DNA of 64,000 bases from an uncultured Lachnospiraceae bacterium (lineage in GTDB: Bacteria > Bacillota > Clostridia > Lachnospirales > Lachnospiraceae): positions 70,441 through 134,440 of the forward strand of contig CAKQYS010000003.1 of the NCBI GenBank assembly GCA_934293375.1, read 5' to 3'. A program made the translations under genes and the position numbers. The notes beneath the pieces were generated by a model, which saw only the letters and a program-made list of their open reading frames with translations, ran no database searches and had not been told where the DNA came from. Position 1 is the first letter of the stretch; each line of letters opens with the position of its first letter. Shown here piece by piece: positions 19,530-28,705 of the stretch.

Positions 19530-21407
19530 ATGAATAAGAAGCAGAAAAAGGTATTATACAGAATTATAACAGCAGCGGTTCTGATAGTGTTACTTACCAT
19601 GATTGATCAGAATGTGACCTTGCCAAAGGTGCTTCGTATTATTTTGTATCTGGTGCCGTATTTTGTTATTGGATATGACATATTGAAAAAGGCATGGAAG
19701 GGTATTTTAAATAAGCAGGTATTCGATGAGAATTTTCTGATGGCGATTGCAACAATAGGTGCGATGCTGCTGGGAGATTTCAGGGAAGGTGTTGCCGTAA
19801 TGCTGTTCTATCAGATTGGAGAGCTGTTCCAGTCATGTGCAGTCGGCAAGAGCCGCCAGAACATAGCCGCACTGATGGATATCCGTCCGGATTATGCTAA
19901 TGTGATGGTGGGTGGCAAGCTCTGTAAGGTTGACCCGGATGAGGTGGAGATCGGTACAGAGATTGTTGTGAATCCGGGCGAAAAAGTGCCGATCGATGGT
20001 GTGATCGTGACCGGAAATACGACCTTGAATACCAGTGCATTGACAGGGGAGAGTGTACCTCGAAGCGCAGGCGAAGGCGAAGAAGTGATTTCCGGCTGTA
20101 TTAATATGACAGCATCAATTACCATTCGCACCACCAAGGAGTTTGGCGATTCTACGGTATCCAGAATTCTGGATCTTGTAGAGAATTCAAGTATGAAGAA
20201 ATCAAAGTCTGAGAACTTCATTACGAAGTTTGCAAGATACTATACACCGGCTGTATGCTACAGTGCCCTTGCACTCGCATTGCTGCCACCGGTTATCAGC
20301 TTGGTTATGGGTGATGCACCGCAGTTCGGAATGTGGATCAACAGAGCCTTGACATTTCTGGTAATCAGCTGTCCGTGTGCACTGGTCATTTCCATTCCAC
20401 TTTCTTTCTTTGGAGGTATCGGCTGTGCATCGACAAAGGGCATTCTGGTAAAGGGGTCCAACTATCTGGAGGCATTAGCCGGAACAAAATATATTGTGTT
20501 TGATAAGACAGGTACACTGACAAAAGGTGTATTTGAGGTGACGGGCAGCTACCCGGCAAATGGATTTGATGCACAGACGCTTTTGTACCATGCGGCGTAT
20601 GCAGAGAGTGGTTCAAGTCATCCGATCAGTGTCAGTCTGAAGCGGGCATATGGACAGGAAATGGATCTTAGTCATGTAGCAGATATTGAGGAAATCGCAG
20701 GACACGGCGTTAAGGCTGTAGTAGACGGGCGCACAGTGGCTGCCGGAAATGTCAGGCTGATGAAGCAGATCGGAGTATCCATCACACAGGAGCATGATGA
20801 GGGTACGGTTGTCTATGTTGCCGTGGATGGTGTCTATGCCGGCTGTATTGTGATTGCTGATGTAATCAAGCCAACTGCCAAGCTGGCAATGACAGAGCTT
20901 AAGAATCATGGCATCAAGCAGACCGTCATGTTGACCGGAGATACGAAAAAGACTGCGGACAGAGTGGCCGCTGAAATTGGTGTGGATAAGGTCAGAAGCG
21001 AATTGCTTCCGGCAGACAAGGTAGAAGAGGTAGAGAAGCTGTTAGCAGAGAAGGAAACGGATGACAAACTTGCTTTTGTCGGCGATGGTATCAATGATGC
21101 ACCGGTGCTGTCTCGTGCAGATATTGGAATCGCGATGGGTGCACTCGGCTCGGATGCAGCAATCGAGGCTGCGGATATCGTTTTAATGGATGATGATCCG
21201 GCGAAGATTGCCCTTGCAATGAAAATTTCCAGAAAGACTCTTCGTATTGTGAAGGAGAATATCGTATTCGCACTTGCAGTCAAGGCGGTTTGCCTGATTT
21301 TAGGTGCGATCGGAATTGCAAATATGTGGGTTGCGATCTTTGCGGATGTAGGCGTTATGGTCATTGCGGTGATCAATGCAACGCGTGCCCTTAAGATTAA
21401 GCTATAA
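19530..21407 (+). CDS. cadA: Heavy-metal (Cd/Zn/Co-type) translocating P1B-type ATPase
   Basis: Motifs CPC (SCPCALVIS), DKTGTLT, TGD and GDGINDAP. There is no N-terminal HMA domain in this polypeptide. An alternative GTG start lies at 19521. Confidence 0.85.
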   Translation: MNKKQKKVLYRIITAAVLIVLLTMIDQNVTLPKVLRIILYLVPYFVIGYDILKKAWKGILNKQVFDENFLMAIATIGAMLLGDFREGVAVMLFYQIGELFQSCAVGKSRQNIAALMDIRPDYANVMVGGKLCKVDPDEVEIGTEIVVNPGEKVPIDGVIVTGNTTLNTSALTGESVPRSAGEGEEVISGCINMTASITIRTTKEFGDSTVSRILDLVENSSMKKSKSENFITKFARYYTPAVCYSALALALLPPVISLVMGDAPQFGMWINRALTFLVISCPCALVISIPLSFFGGIGCASTKGILVKGSNYLEALAGTKYIVFDKTGTLTKGVFEVTGSYPANGFDAQTLLYHAAYAESGSSHPISVSLKRAYGQEMDLSHVADIEEIAGHGVKAVVDGRTVAAGNVRLMKQIGVSITQEHDEGTVVYVAVDGVYAGCIVIADVIKPTAKLAMTELKNHGIKQTVMLTGDTKKTADRVAAEIGVDKVRSELLPADKVEEVEKLLAEKETDDKLAFVGDGINDAPVLSRADIGIAMGALGSDAAIEAADIVLMDDDPAKIALAMKISRKTLRIVKENIVFALAVKAVCLILGAIGIANMWVAIFADVGVMVIAVINATRALKIKL

Positions 21408-21673
21408 TCCCTGACCGCTGCCAATACGGATCTCGCTATCAACTGTCAGCTGCTAACGGTCTACGAAGCGTGATTTTCTACGGGTTCTGCGTTCATCTAT
21501 ATAGGCGCACGCGACCGGCTCACAGAGCCCGTCCAGGGCTCCCTCGCCTGGTCTGGTCGTCCATGACCAGACCTCGCTGTGAGCCGAAGCAGAACCTGAG
21601 AAAATCTACGCTCCTCCGACATACGCATCTTGCCAGCTGATAGCGAGATCCTTATATATGGCAGCATCAGGGA
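21408..21673. repeat. Approximately 266-bp GC-rich imperfect palindrome (long hairpin element) abutting the cadA stop codon
   Basis: The outer arms are TCCCTGACCGCTGCCA..GGATCTCGCTATCA and TGATAGCGAGATCC..TGGCAGCATCAGGGA. Inner arms are CGTGATTTTCTACGGGTTCTGC / GCAGAACCTGAGAAAATCTACG, then GGCTCACAG / CTGTGAGCC and GGTCTGGTC / GACCAGACC. Confidence 0.8.
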
Positions 21674-21816
21674 CGCAATGCATGATATGATGCTGTGTCT
21701 GGCGAGTTTGACGAAGGTGTGCATCATCAATGGGTCGAAGCCTCAAAGTATAGAAATCCCCATTTTTTATAGACGCGTTGTTATGGCAAATAATATGACT
21801 ATACAGATATGATTAT

Positions 21817-21839
21817 ACCCGGTTAGCCGGGCTTTTTTG
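21817..21839 (+). terminator. Intrinsic terminator-like hairpin downstream of cadA and the palindromic element
   Basis: CCCGG-TTAG-CCGGG followed by C and TTTTTT. Confidence 0.5.
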
Positions 21840-21879
21840 TTGTAATGGGAATGGTATTACAGGGATATGTACATTCTAA

Positions 21880-21908
21880 TTGACAAAAATATGTGGATTG
21901 GATATAGT
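21880..21908 (+). promoter_or_regulatory. Putative sigma-A promoter of the CaCA antiporter gene
   Basis: TTGACA - 17 nt - TATAGT. Confidence 0.65.
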
Positions 21909-21959
21909 TAGTTCAATGTAACATAAATATCGTGATGAGAAAGGTTGGAATGTAGTAGT

Positions 21960-22916
21960 ATGAAAGAAATGGGGATAGCAGCATTACTGTTAGTTGTAGG
22001 ATTTGTTCTGCTGATCAAGGGGGCAGATTTTTTTGTGGAAGGAAGTTCTTCCCTTGCAAAAAAATTGAAGGTGCCTTCGATGATCATCGGACTTACGATC
22101 GTAGCAATGGGGACGAGCCTGCCGGAGTGTGCGGTCAGCGTGACGGCTTCTCTGACGGGAAATAATGCATTGGCGATCAGCAATGCAGTGGGATCTAATA
22201 TTTTTAATCTTATGGTAGTATGTGGATTTTGTACATTGTTTTGTCCGTTGACGATCCAGAAGGATACACTGAAAAAGGAATTTCCGTTTTCAATCATTTG
22301 TGCAGGATTGTTGCTATTTTTTGGCATGATCGGTATGTCACTCGGACGGATCGAGGGATTGATTCTAATTGTGATTTTTGCGATATATCTGGGTATTATG
22401 ATTTATAATGCATTAAAGGCGAGACAGCAATTTGATCATGTGCCTGAGAGTGAAGAGGAGATTAAGATCCTGCCGATCTGGTGCTGCATTCTTTATATTA
22501 TTGGCGGCGGTGTGGCGATCAAATTTGGCGGCGATTTTGTGGTAAACGGTGCATCAACGGTGGCTTCCAGGCTGGGTTTATCACAGAATCTGATCGGGCT
22601 TACGATCGTGGCAATGGGGACGAGCCTGCCGGAGCTGGCGACATCAGCCGTGGCTGCCAGAAAGAACGAAGTAGATATGGCAATAGGCAATGTGATCGGT
22701 TCCAATATTTTTAATATTCTGCTGATCCTCGGTGTGGCATCCGTGATGAGCCCGATTACATTTGTTATGGAAAATGTAATTGACATTATGGTGCTGATCG
22801 TAATGAGTATTTTAGTGTGGATATTCTGCTGGACAAAGCAGCAGCTTGATAAGAGGGAAGGTATTTTCATGTTGATCGCATATGCGGTTTATATGGTGTA
22901 TATTATTCTGCGATAA
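21960..22916 (+). CDS. Ca2+/Na+ antiporter, CaCA (YrbG-like) family
   Basis: Two alpha-repeat motifs GLTIVAMGTSLPE (one in each half) and about 10 TM helices. The exact start is uncertain (ATG 21960 or TTG 21945). Confidence 0.8.
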   Translation: MKEMGIAALLLVVGFVLLIKGADFFVEGSSSLAKKLKVPSMIIGLTIVAMGTSLPECAVSVTASLTGNNALAISNAVGSNIFNLMVVCGFCTLFCPLTIQKDTLKKEFPFSIICAGLLLFFGMIGMSLGRIEGLILIVIFAIYLGIMIYNALKARQQFDHVPESEEEIKILPIWCCILYIIGGGVAIKFGGDFVVNGASTVASRLGLSQNLIGLTIVAMGTSLPELATSAVAARKNEVDMAIGNVIGSNIFNILLILGVASVMSPITFVMENVIDIMVLIVMSILVWIFCWTKQQLDKREGIFMLIAYAVYMVYIILR

Positions 22917-22940
22917 GACAATACGCATAATAGGTGTGAC

Positions 22941-24377
22941 ATGAAGAAGAACTATGAACATATAATTAAAGAGGTGTATCCTGGATCTATTGCACAGGAG
23001 ATGGAGATTGCGCCGGGCGATGTTCTGCTTGCAATCAATGATCAGAAGATACAGGATGTATTTGATTATCGGTTTTATTGTAAGGACGAGTATATTGAGG
23101 TGCTGATCCGCAAGCCGGACGGCGAAAAATGGCTGTTAGAGATTGATAAAGAATATGATGACGATCTGGGTATCGAATTTGAAAATGATCTGATGAGTGA
23201 TTACCGGTCGTGCTGCAACAAATGTATTTTCTGCTTTATTGATCAGATGCCGCCGGGGATGCGGGAAACCCTATATTTCAAGGATGACGATTCCCGGCTG
23301 TCCTTTATGCAGGGCAATTATATTACTTTGACCAATATGCAGGAAGAAGATGTGGACAGAATCATCAAGATGCAGCTGGCACCGATCAATATTTCTGTGC
23401 AGACAACCAATCCGGAGCTTCGTTGCAAGATGCTGCACAACCGTTTTGCCGGAGAGAAATTGAAGTTTATTGACCGGCTTTATGAAGGACATGTTGAGAT
23501 GAACGGGCAGATCGTATGCTGCAAGGGCGTCAATGATGGCGAGGAACTCAGGCGTTCCATTGAAGATTTGTCCCAATATCTGCCGTTTATGCGGAGTGTA
23601 TCGGTGGTGCCTGCCGGGATTACGAAATACCGTGACAATCTGTATCCGCTTGCATTATTTACGCCGGAGCAGTCCGGTGAGGTGATTGATCTGATCGAGA
23701 GCTATCAGCAGGGCTTTTACGATGCGTATGGTCTGCATTTTATCCATGCCAGTGATGAGTGGTATATTCAGGCGGGACGGGATTTCCCGGAGGAAGAGCG
23801 TTACGATGGCTACATCCAGTTGGAAAATGGTGTTGGAATGATGAGGCTGTTGTTGACAGAATTTGAGCAGGCGGTAGATGCACTGTTAGAAGACACCGAG
23901 CTTTTGTCAGAGGTGAAGCAGGGCGTGAACCGGACGATAACACTGGCAACCGGCAAACTCACCTATTCCACGATGGCGGCATTGGCTTCCCGTGTGATGG
24001 AGATCTGTCCGGGATTGCAGGTGCATGTATTTGCGATCCGGAATGATTTCTTTGGGGAGACGATCACAGTATCAGGATTGATCACAGCACAGGATCTGAT
24101 TGCACAGCTTAAGGAGAAGCAGGATGCCGGAGAGAATCTGGGGACACATTTATTGATTCCGATGAATATGCTGCGCTCCGGTGAGCAGGTGTTTTTGGAT
24201 GATCTGACAGTCACAGATGTGGAAGCTGCGCTGTCCATGAAGGTTGTTGCAGTGGATACCGGTGGCGGGGATCTGCTGGATGCGATGTTGTATGAGGATT
24301 ATGCGATGCAGCGTGATCCGGATCAATTTGTTTATATAGATGCATATGGTGATGGACAGGAGGATGTCCGGGATTAA
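22941..24377 (+). CDS. DUF512-type radical SAM protein with an N-terminal PDZ-like domain
   Basis: The N-terminus (VYPGSIAQEMEIAPGDVLLAINDQKI) is PDZ-like. The Cys cluster is CCNKCIFCFIDQ, followed by LYFKDDDSRLSFMQGNYITLTN. Confidence 0.75.
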   Translation: MKKNYEHIIKEVYPGSIAQEMEIAPGDVLLAINDQKIQDVFDYRFYCKDEYIEVLIRKPDGEKWLLEIDKEYDDDLGIEFENDLMSDYRSCCNKCIFCFIDQMPPGMRETLYFKDDDSRLSFMQGNYITLTNMQEEDVDRIIKMQLAPINISVQTTNPELRCKMLHNRFAGEKLKFIDRLYEGHVEMNGQIVCCKGVNDGEELRRSIEDLSQYLPFMRSVSVVPAGITKYRDNLYPLALFTPEQSGEVIDLIESYQQGFYDAYGLHFIHASDEWYIQAGRDFPEEERYDGYIQLENGVGMMRLLLTEFEQAVDALLEDTELLSEVKQGVNRTITLATGKLTYSTMAALASRVMEICPGLQVHVFAIRNDFFGETITVSGLITAQDLIAQLKEKQDAGENLGTHLLIPMNMLRSGEQVFLDDLTVTDVEAALSMKVVAVDTGGGDLLDAMLYEDYAMQRDPDQFVYIDAYGDGQEDVRD

Positions 24378-24381
24378 ACAG

Positions 24382-24431
24382 ATCGGCAGTCTGTGCTAAC
24401 GAACATGGCACAGGCTGCCGATATTATTATT
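24382..24431 (+). terminator. Intrinsic terminator after the DUF512 gene
   Basis: 15-bp stem ATCGGCAGTCTGTGC / GCACAGGCTGCCGAT (one G-T pair) followed by ATTATTATT. Confidence 0.6.
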
Positions 24432-24489
24432 GAGGTATATTAACAGGGTACTCCATACTCACAAATGGAATTGTGAAAGGAGGATGATG

Positions 24490-25086
24490 ATGCAGATTAC
24501 AGGGAATGTAGATGCCAGACGAAATGGGGTGCCAATCATGCGGACAAAGCAGACGGGACAGGGTGTCGTGGTCTATGCAGCAGCCGGCAGGACGAATACA
24601 CAGCAGGAAGCTGTGAAGGAGCAGACGGTAGAGCAGGAGACATATACACCATCCAAGGAGGCAATGTCAGCATGTGCACAGGACTTTATGGATCGGATCA
24701 ACCGTGCGGGAGAGGGTCTGATGAAGCTTACGAAACAGGGTGACAAGAATCCATTTGAGGATCAGGCACGGGCTATGCGCATTGCATTGAATATGATGCG
24801 GGGCAAACAGGTGCCACCGCAGGATGAGAAATTTCTGATGCAATTTGATGATGAACTTTATCAGGCGGCGAAGAATATCCAGATGATGAAGAAGCGTAAG
24901 GAAGATGCGGAGAGTGAACTGGAGGATGACGATGACAGTACCTCTGAGAAGATCCGGAAGCTGGCACTGGACAATGCAGGGGAAAAGCTGGTGGACAGCT
25001 TTGACCATGCGGGGGCTGCCATAAGCGATACCACAGACGCCCCGGATGCAGCAGAAGTTGTACCGGTTGCCGCGGGAGATGTGTAA
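24490..25086 (+). CDS. Hypothetical acidic protein
   Basis: GAAAGGAGG RBS followed by three consecutive ATGs; the third has workable spacing. No recognisable motif. Confidence 0.6.
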   Translation: MQITGNVDARRNGVPIMRTKQTGQGVVVYAAAGRTNTQQEAVKEQTVEQETYTPSKEAMSACAQDFMDRINRAGEGLMKLTKQGDKNPFEDQARAMRIALNMMRGKQVPPQDEKFLMQFDDELYQAAKNIQMMKKRKEDAESELEDDDDSTSEKIRKLALDNAGEKLVDSFDHAGAAISDTTDAPDAAEVVPVAAGDV

Positions 25087-25175
25087 GTGCAGGACACTGG
25101 AATCTCTTTCGAAGGATTCCATGTATTTGCATGGAGTCATTACGAGGAGCCATACCAAACAAGGAAGGAGCGAAC

Positions 25176-25985
25176 ATGATGCGTTCAACAGTACAGGGAA
25201 GTACAATGACACAGATGGCAAATGCGTATGGGATATCCAATGATACCAGAACGCAGAAGGAAAAGAACGATGTACAAAAGACCGGTCAGACGGAGACGGT
25301 GCAGAAGACAGGACAGATCTCCGGCAGAGTGATCGGCAATGCAAAGCTGTCAGAGAAGGCAGCAAAGTATTATGATCAGTTAAAGAGCAAGTTTTCTGAT
25401 ATGGAGTTTATTCTGGTCAGCGAGGATCAGAAACAGATGGCACAGGCACAGGCTGCGAGCTTCGGCAATGCATCCAAGCCGGTGGTGCTGATCAATGAGG
25501 AGAAGCTTGAAAAGATGGCTGAGGATGAGAAGTATCGAAGCCGGTACGAAGGGCTGATTGCGGGTGCTGCCGGTCAGTTAAAAAGCATGGGAGAGCGTCT
25601 TGGCAGCAGTGTCAAGGCATATGGCATGCAGGTGGATGACAAGGGTATTGCTTCTTATTTTGCGGTTGTTGACAAATCCTTTGCCGCACAGCGTAAGCTG
25701 ATGGCAAAGAAGGCAGCCAAGAAGAAGGCAGACGAGAAGGCTGCAGCAAAGCGTGCAGAGAAACAGAAGCAGGAAGAAGCGATCAAGAATAAAAAGTCGG
25801 AGCAGAACAAGAAGACAGATGCTTCTGATTCCGCTTCAGATGCAGAGGAGTTAGAGACCGTAACGGCCTCCTCCGTGGATGCACTGGTGGATAAGGTAAA
25901 GGATCTGACGATGCAGACGCTCAGTGATCTGGCACAGACAGAGGAAGAACGCAAGGTAGGTCAGTACTTCGATTTTAAGCTATAG
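25176..25985 (+). CDS. Hypothetical protein with a Lys/Ala/Glu-rich low-complexity C-terminal half
   Basis: AAGGAAGGAG RBS 5 nt upstream of the ATG. No recognisable catalytic motif. Confidence 0.65.
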   Translation: MMRSTVQGSTMTQMANAYGISNDTRTQKEKNDVQKTGQTETVQKTGQISGRVIGNAKLSEKAAKYYDQLKSKFSDMEFILVSEDQKQMAQAQAASFGNASKPVVLINEEKLEKMAEDEKYRSRYEGLIAGAAGQLKSMGERLGSSVKAYGMQVDDKGIASYFAVVDKSFAAQRKLMAKKAAKKKADEKAAAKRAEKQKQEEAIKNKKSEQNKKTDASDSASDAEELETVTASSVDALVDKVKDLTMQTLSDLAQTEEERKVGQYFDFKL

Positions 25986-26000
25986 GGAAGGAATCGGAAT

Positions 26001-26663
26001 ATGAAGAAGATAACAGTCGTGGAGGATGACACAGCGATCAGGGCAGAACTTACCGAGCTTTTGAATCATGCCGGTTATCAGACCGCGATCATAGAGAATT
26101 TCACAGATGTGACATCGCAGATTGTGAAGCAGGCGTCCGATCTGGTGCTGCTGGATATCAATCTTCCGGGTCAGAATGGACAGATGTTGTTACATGAACT
26201 GAGAAAGACATCGCAGATTCCGGTGATTATGGTGACAAGCAGGACCTCAGAAACAGATGAGGTCCTGTCTATGAGTTATGGGGCAGATGATTATATCATG
26301 AAGCCCTATAACCCAACGATACTGCTGCTTCGGATTGGCGCCATTTTTAAGCGTATGGATGCCGGATCGGGGACACAGACCTACCGGGATCTGGAGGTAA
26401 ATCCATCTAAGGGTACATTGCGGCGTGGAGAAGAGGAACTTTTGTTGACTAAAAACGAGATGTTGATCTTTCAGTATTTATTGATGAATTGTGGCCGGAT
26501 CGTCTCGAGGGATGAGTTGATGACGCAGCTATGGGATCATGATGAATATATCAATGACAATGCATTGACGGTGAACATCAGCAGACTGCGTACCAAGCTG
26601 TCCGGGTTTGGATATGCGGATGTGATCGAGACGAGAAAAAAGCAGGGCTATCAGCTACAGTGA
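26001..26663 (+). CDS. OmpR-family response regulator (BceR-like by context)
   Basis: Receiver domain (ITVVEDD ... LLDINLP ... DYIMKPY) plus a winged helix. It is followed by an intramembrane-sensing kinase and a BceAB-type ABC pair. Confidence 0.85.
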   Translation: MKKITVVEDDTAIRAELTELLNHAGYQTAIIENFTDVTSQIVKQASDLVLLDINLPGQNGQMLLHELRKTSQIPVIMVTSRTSETDEVLSMSYGADDYIMKPYNPTILLLRIGAIFKRMDAGSGTQTYRDLEVNPSKGTLRRGEEELLLTKNEMLIFQYLLMNCGRIVSRDELMTQLWDHDEYINDNALTVNISRLRTKLSGFGYADVIETRKKQGYQLQ

Positions 26664-26746
26664 AGGGTATTTCGTTGGACTTGCCACATAGAAATACCGC
26701 ACCGGTATACTTGCGGAATATATAAAATGACAGAGAGGAATTATGT

Positions 26747-27763
26747 ATGACATTGGGGGAATATATAAAGGATAGAAAAATCACCATCATTGTGGCACTG
26801 GTATCTTACGGTGTCATGATGATGTTTCTTTTTGCGTTTCAGGTGAACACTGCATTGCCGGTGGCGTGCAGCATGTTATTTGGGATGACATTTGTGGGGA
26901 TCATGGCATGGGAATATGGCAGGCGGAAAGCTTTTTATGACAGGCTGCAGGACAATCTTTCGCAATTGGATAAGAAGTATTTGATTTTGGAAATGCTGTC
27001 AAGACCGGACTTTTATGAAGGCCGGCTTCTTTATGAGGATTTGTATGAGATAGATAAGTCTATGACAGAAAATGTTGCTGCATATAGGAGGCAGCTGGAG
27101 GATTTTAAGGAATATATCGAGATGTGGATCCACGAAGCGAAGATCCCTGTTGCAAGTCTTGTGTTAATGTGTCATAACCATCCTGGGGAAACCGGACAGA
27201 AGGGGTTTGAAGAGCAGATTCGGAGATTGGATCGCATGATCGACCAGATCTTATACTATGTCAGAGCCGAGCATGCCCAAAAGGATTATCATATTCAGGA
27301 GTATTCATTGAAAGACATTGTGAAAAAAGTGGCATTGTACAATAAGGATGATATTCTGGGATATCATATTGATTTTTCTGTACAGGTAGAGGGTATGGTG
27401 ATGACGGATGCAAAATGGCTTGCCTTTATAATCAATCAGATTGTGAATAACAGTATCAAGTATGTGCGAGAGGATGTACAACCGAAAATTACAATATATA
27501 CTGAATATATAGAAAAAGATATCATGCTGGTGATCGAGGACAATGGCATTGGTATTGATCCGGCGGATCTGCCACGCGTGTTTGAGAAATCCTTTACAGG
27601 GCAGAATGGACGAGATCGTGTGAAGTCGACAGGTATGGGATTATATATTGCAGACCGGTTGTGCAGACAACTCGGACATAAGATCTCTATGGCATCGGTG
27701 CCTGGTGAGGGGACGAGGACGGAGATTATGATCGCACATTTTGATCATGTCAGGCCGGAGTAA
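26747..27763 (+). CDS. Intramembrane-sensing histidine kinase (BceS-like)
   Basis: Two N-terminal TM helices with almost no extracellular loop. H-box MWIHEAKIPV, N-box QIVNNSIKY and G-boxes DNGIGI / STGMGL. Confidence 0.85.
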   Translation: MTLGEYIKDRKITIIVALVSYGVMMMFLFAFQVNTALPVACSMLFGMTFVGIMAWEYGRRKAFYDRLQDNLSQLDKKYLILEMLSRPDFYEGRLLYEDLYEIDKSMTENVAAYRRQLEDFKEYIEMWIHEAKIPVASLVLMCHNHPGETGQKGFEEQIRRLDRMIDQILYYVRAEHAQKDYHIQEYSLKDIVKKVALYNKDDILGYHIDFSVQVEGMVMTDAKWLAFIINQIVNNSIKYVREDVQPKITIYTEYIEKDIMLVIEDNGIGIDPADLPRVFEKSFTGQNGRDRVKSTGMGLYIADRLCRQLGHKISMASVPGEGTRTEIMIAHFDHVRPE

Positions 27764-27765
27764 CA

Positions 27766-27798
27766 TTACAAAATTGTAATGTTGTGTAATGTTAGAAA
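27766..27798 (+). promoter_or_regulatory. Candidate BceR-type response-regulator box
   Basis: TTACA-AAAT-TGTAA (27766-27779) is followed by a direct repeat TGTAATGTT-G-TGTAATGTT. It lies in the bceS-bceA intergenic region. Confidence 0.55.
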
Positions 27799-27937
27799 TG
27801 CGACAGCTTCGATTGTGTATTGTAGAATGCTTACATGAGAGTTGATAATCTAAGACAGGTTCAAACGATATCTTAGCTCTGGAAGAGTGCAGTTTTGATG
27901 CTTGTCTGGGTAAATGGGAGTATGAAAGGAGTATCTC

Positions 27938-28705
27938 ATGGAGAACATTTTAACAATTGAGCATATTGAAAAATATTATGGAAGCAAGTCGAGCCTGACG
28001 AAGGCGTTAGATGATCTGAGCCTTTCGGTAGAGAAAGGTGAGTTTGTAGCGATCATGGGTGCATCCGGCAGTGGTAAGACGACACTGTTAAATTGTATTT
28101 CAACAATTGACCGTGTGACATCAGGACAGATTCTGGTAGGCGGCCGGGACATTACGAAGTTAAAAGGAAATGATCTGAACAGGTTTCGTAGAGAAGAACT
28201 GGGTTTTATCTTTCAGGATTTTAATCTGTTAGATACATTGACGGCATATGAAAATATTGCATTGGCATTATCCATTCAGAATGTAGCGGCAAAGGAGATT
28301 GCAGCCCGTGTCGATGAGGTGGCGATCGAGCTGGGTGTGGAGGATGTGCTGCAGAAATATCCATATCAGATGTCCGGTGGTCAAAAGCAACGTGTTGCAG
28401 CTGCCCGTGCGATCGTCACAGAGCCGAAGCTGATCCTGGCAGATGAGCCGACCGGAGCATTGGATTCGAAGGCCTCTAAGATGCTTCTTGAGAGAATGTC
28501 ACGACTGAATCAGACACTTAAAGCAACAATTTTGATGGTAACGCATGATTCCTTTACTGCAAGCTATGCGGGCAGAGTCATTTTTATCAAGGATGGTAAG
28601 ATTTTTAATGAGATCCGCAAAGGCGAAAAGAGCAGAAAGCATTTTTTCGAGGAAATCATCAATGTCATTACTCTGTTAGGAGGTGACATGAGTGATGCTC
28701 TTTAA
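27938..28705 (+). CDS. BceA-like ABC transporter ATP-binding protein
   Basis: Walker A GASGSGKTT, signature MSGGQKQR, Walker B LILADEPT. Confidence 0.9.
   Translation: MENILTIEHIEKYYGSKSSLTKALDDLSLSVEKGEFVAIMGASGSGKTTLLNCISTIDRVTSGQILVGGRDITKLKGNDLNRFRREELGFIFQDFNLLDTLTAYENIALALSIQNVAAKEIAARVDEVAIELGVEDVLQKYPYQMSGGQKQRVAAARAIVTEPKLILADEPTGALDSKASKMLLERMSRLNQTLKATILMVTHDSFTASYAGRVIFIKDGKIFNEIRKGEKSRKHFFEEIINVITLLGGDMSDAL

Noticed and set aside
20906-21442. 178-aa minus-strand ORF overlapping the 3' end of cadA and running into the palindromic element.
   Set aside because: The Ala/Ser/Ile low-complexity translation is typical of an antisense reading of a P-type ATPase gene. The cadA frame carries the GDGINDAP and other canonical motifs.
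24667-25365. 232-aa and 155-aa minus-strand ORFs across the two hypothetical genes.
   Set aside because: These are antisense ORFs in a compositionally biased region. The plus-strand genes have strong RBSs and are co-oriented with their neighbours.
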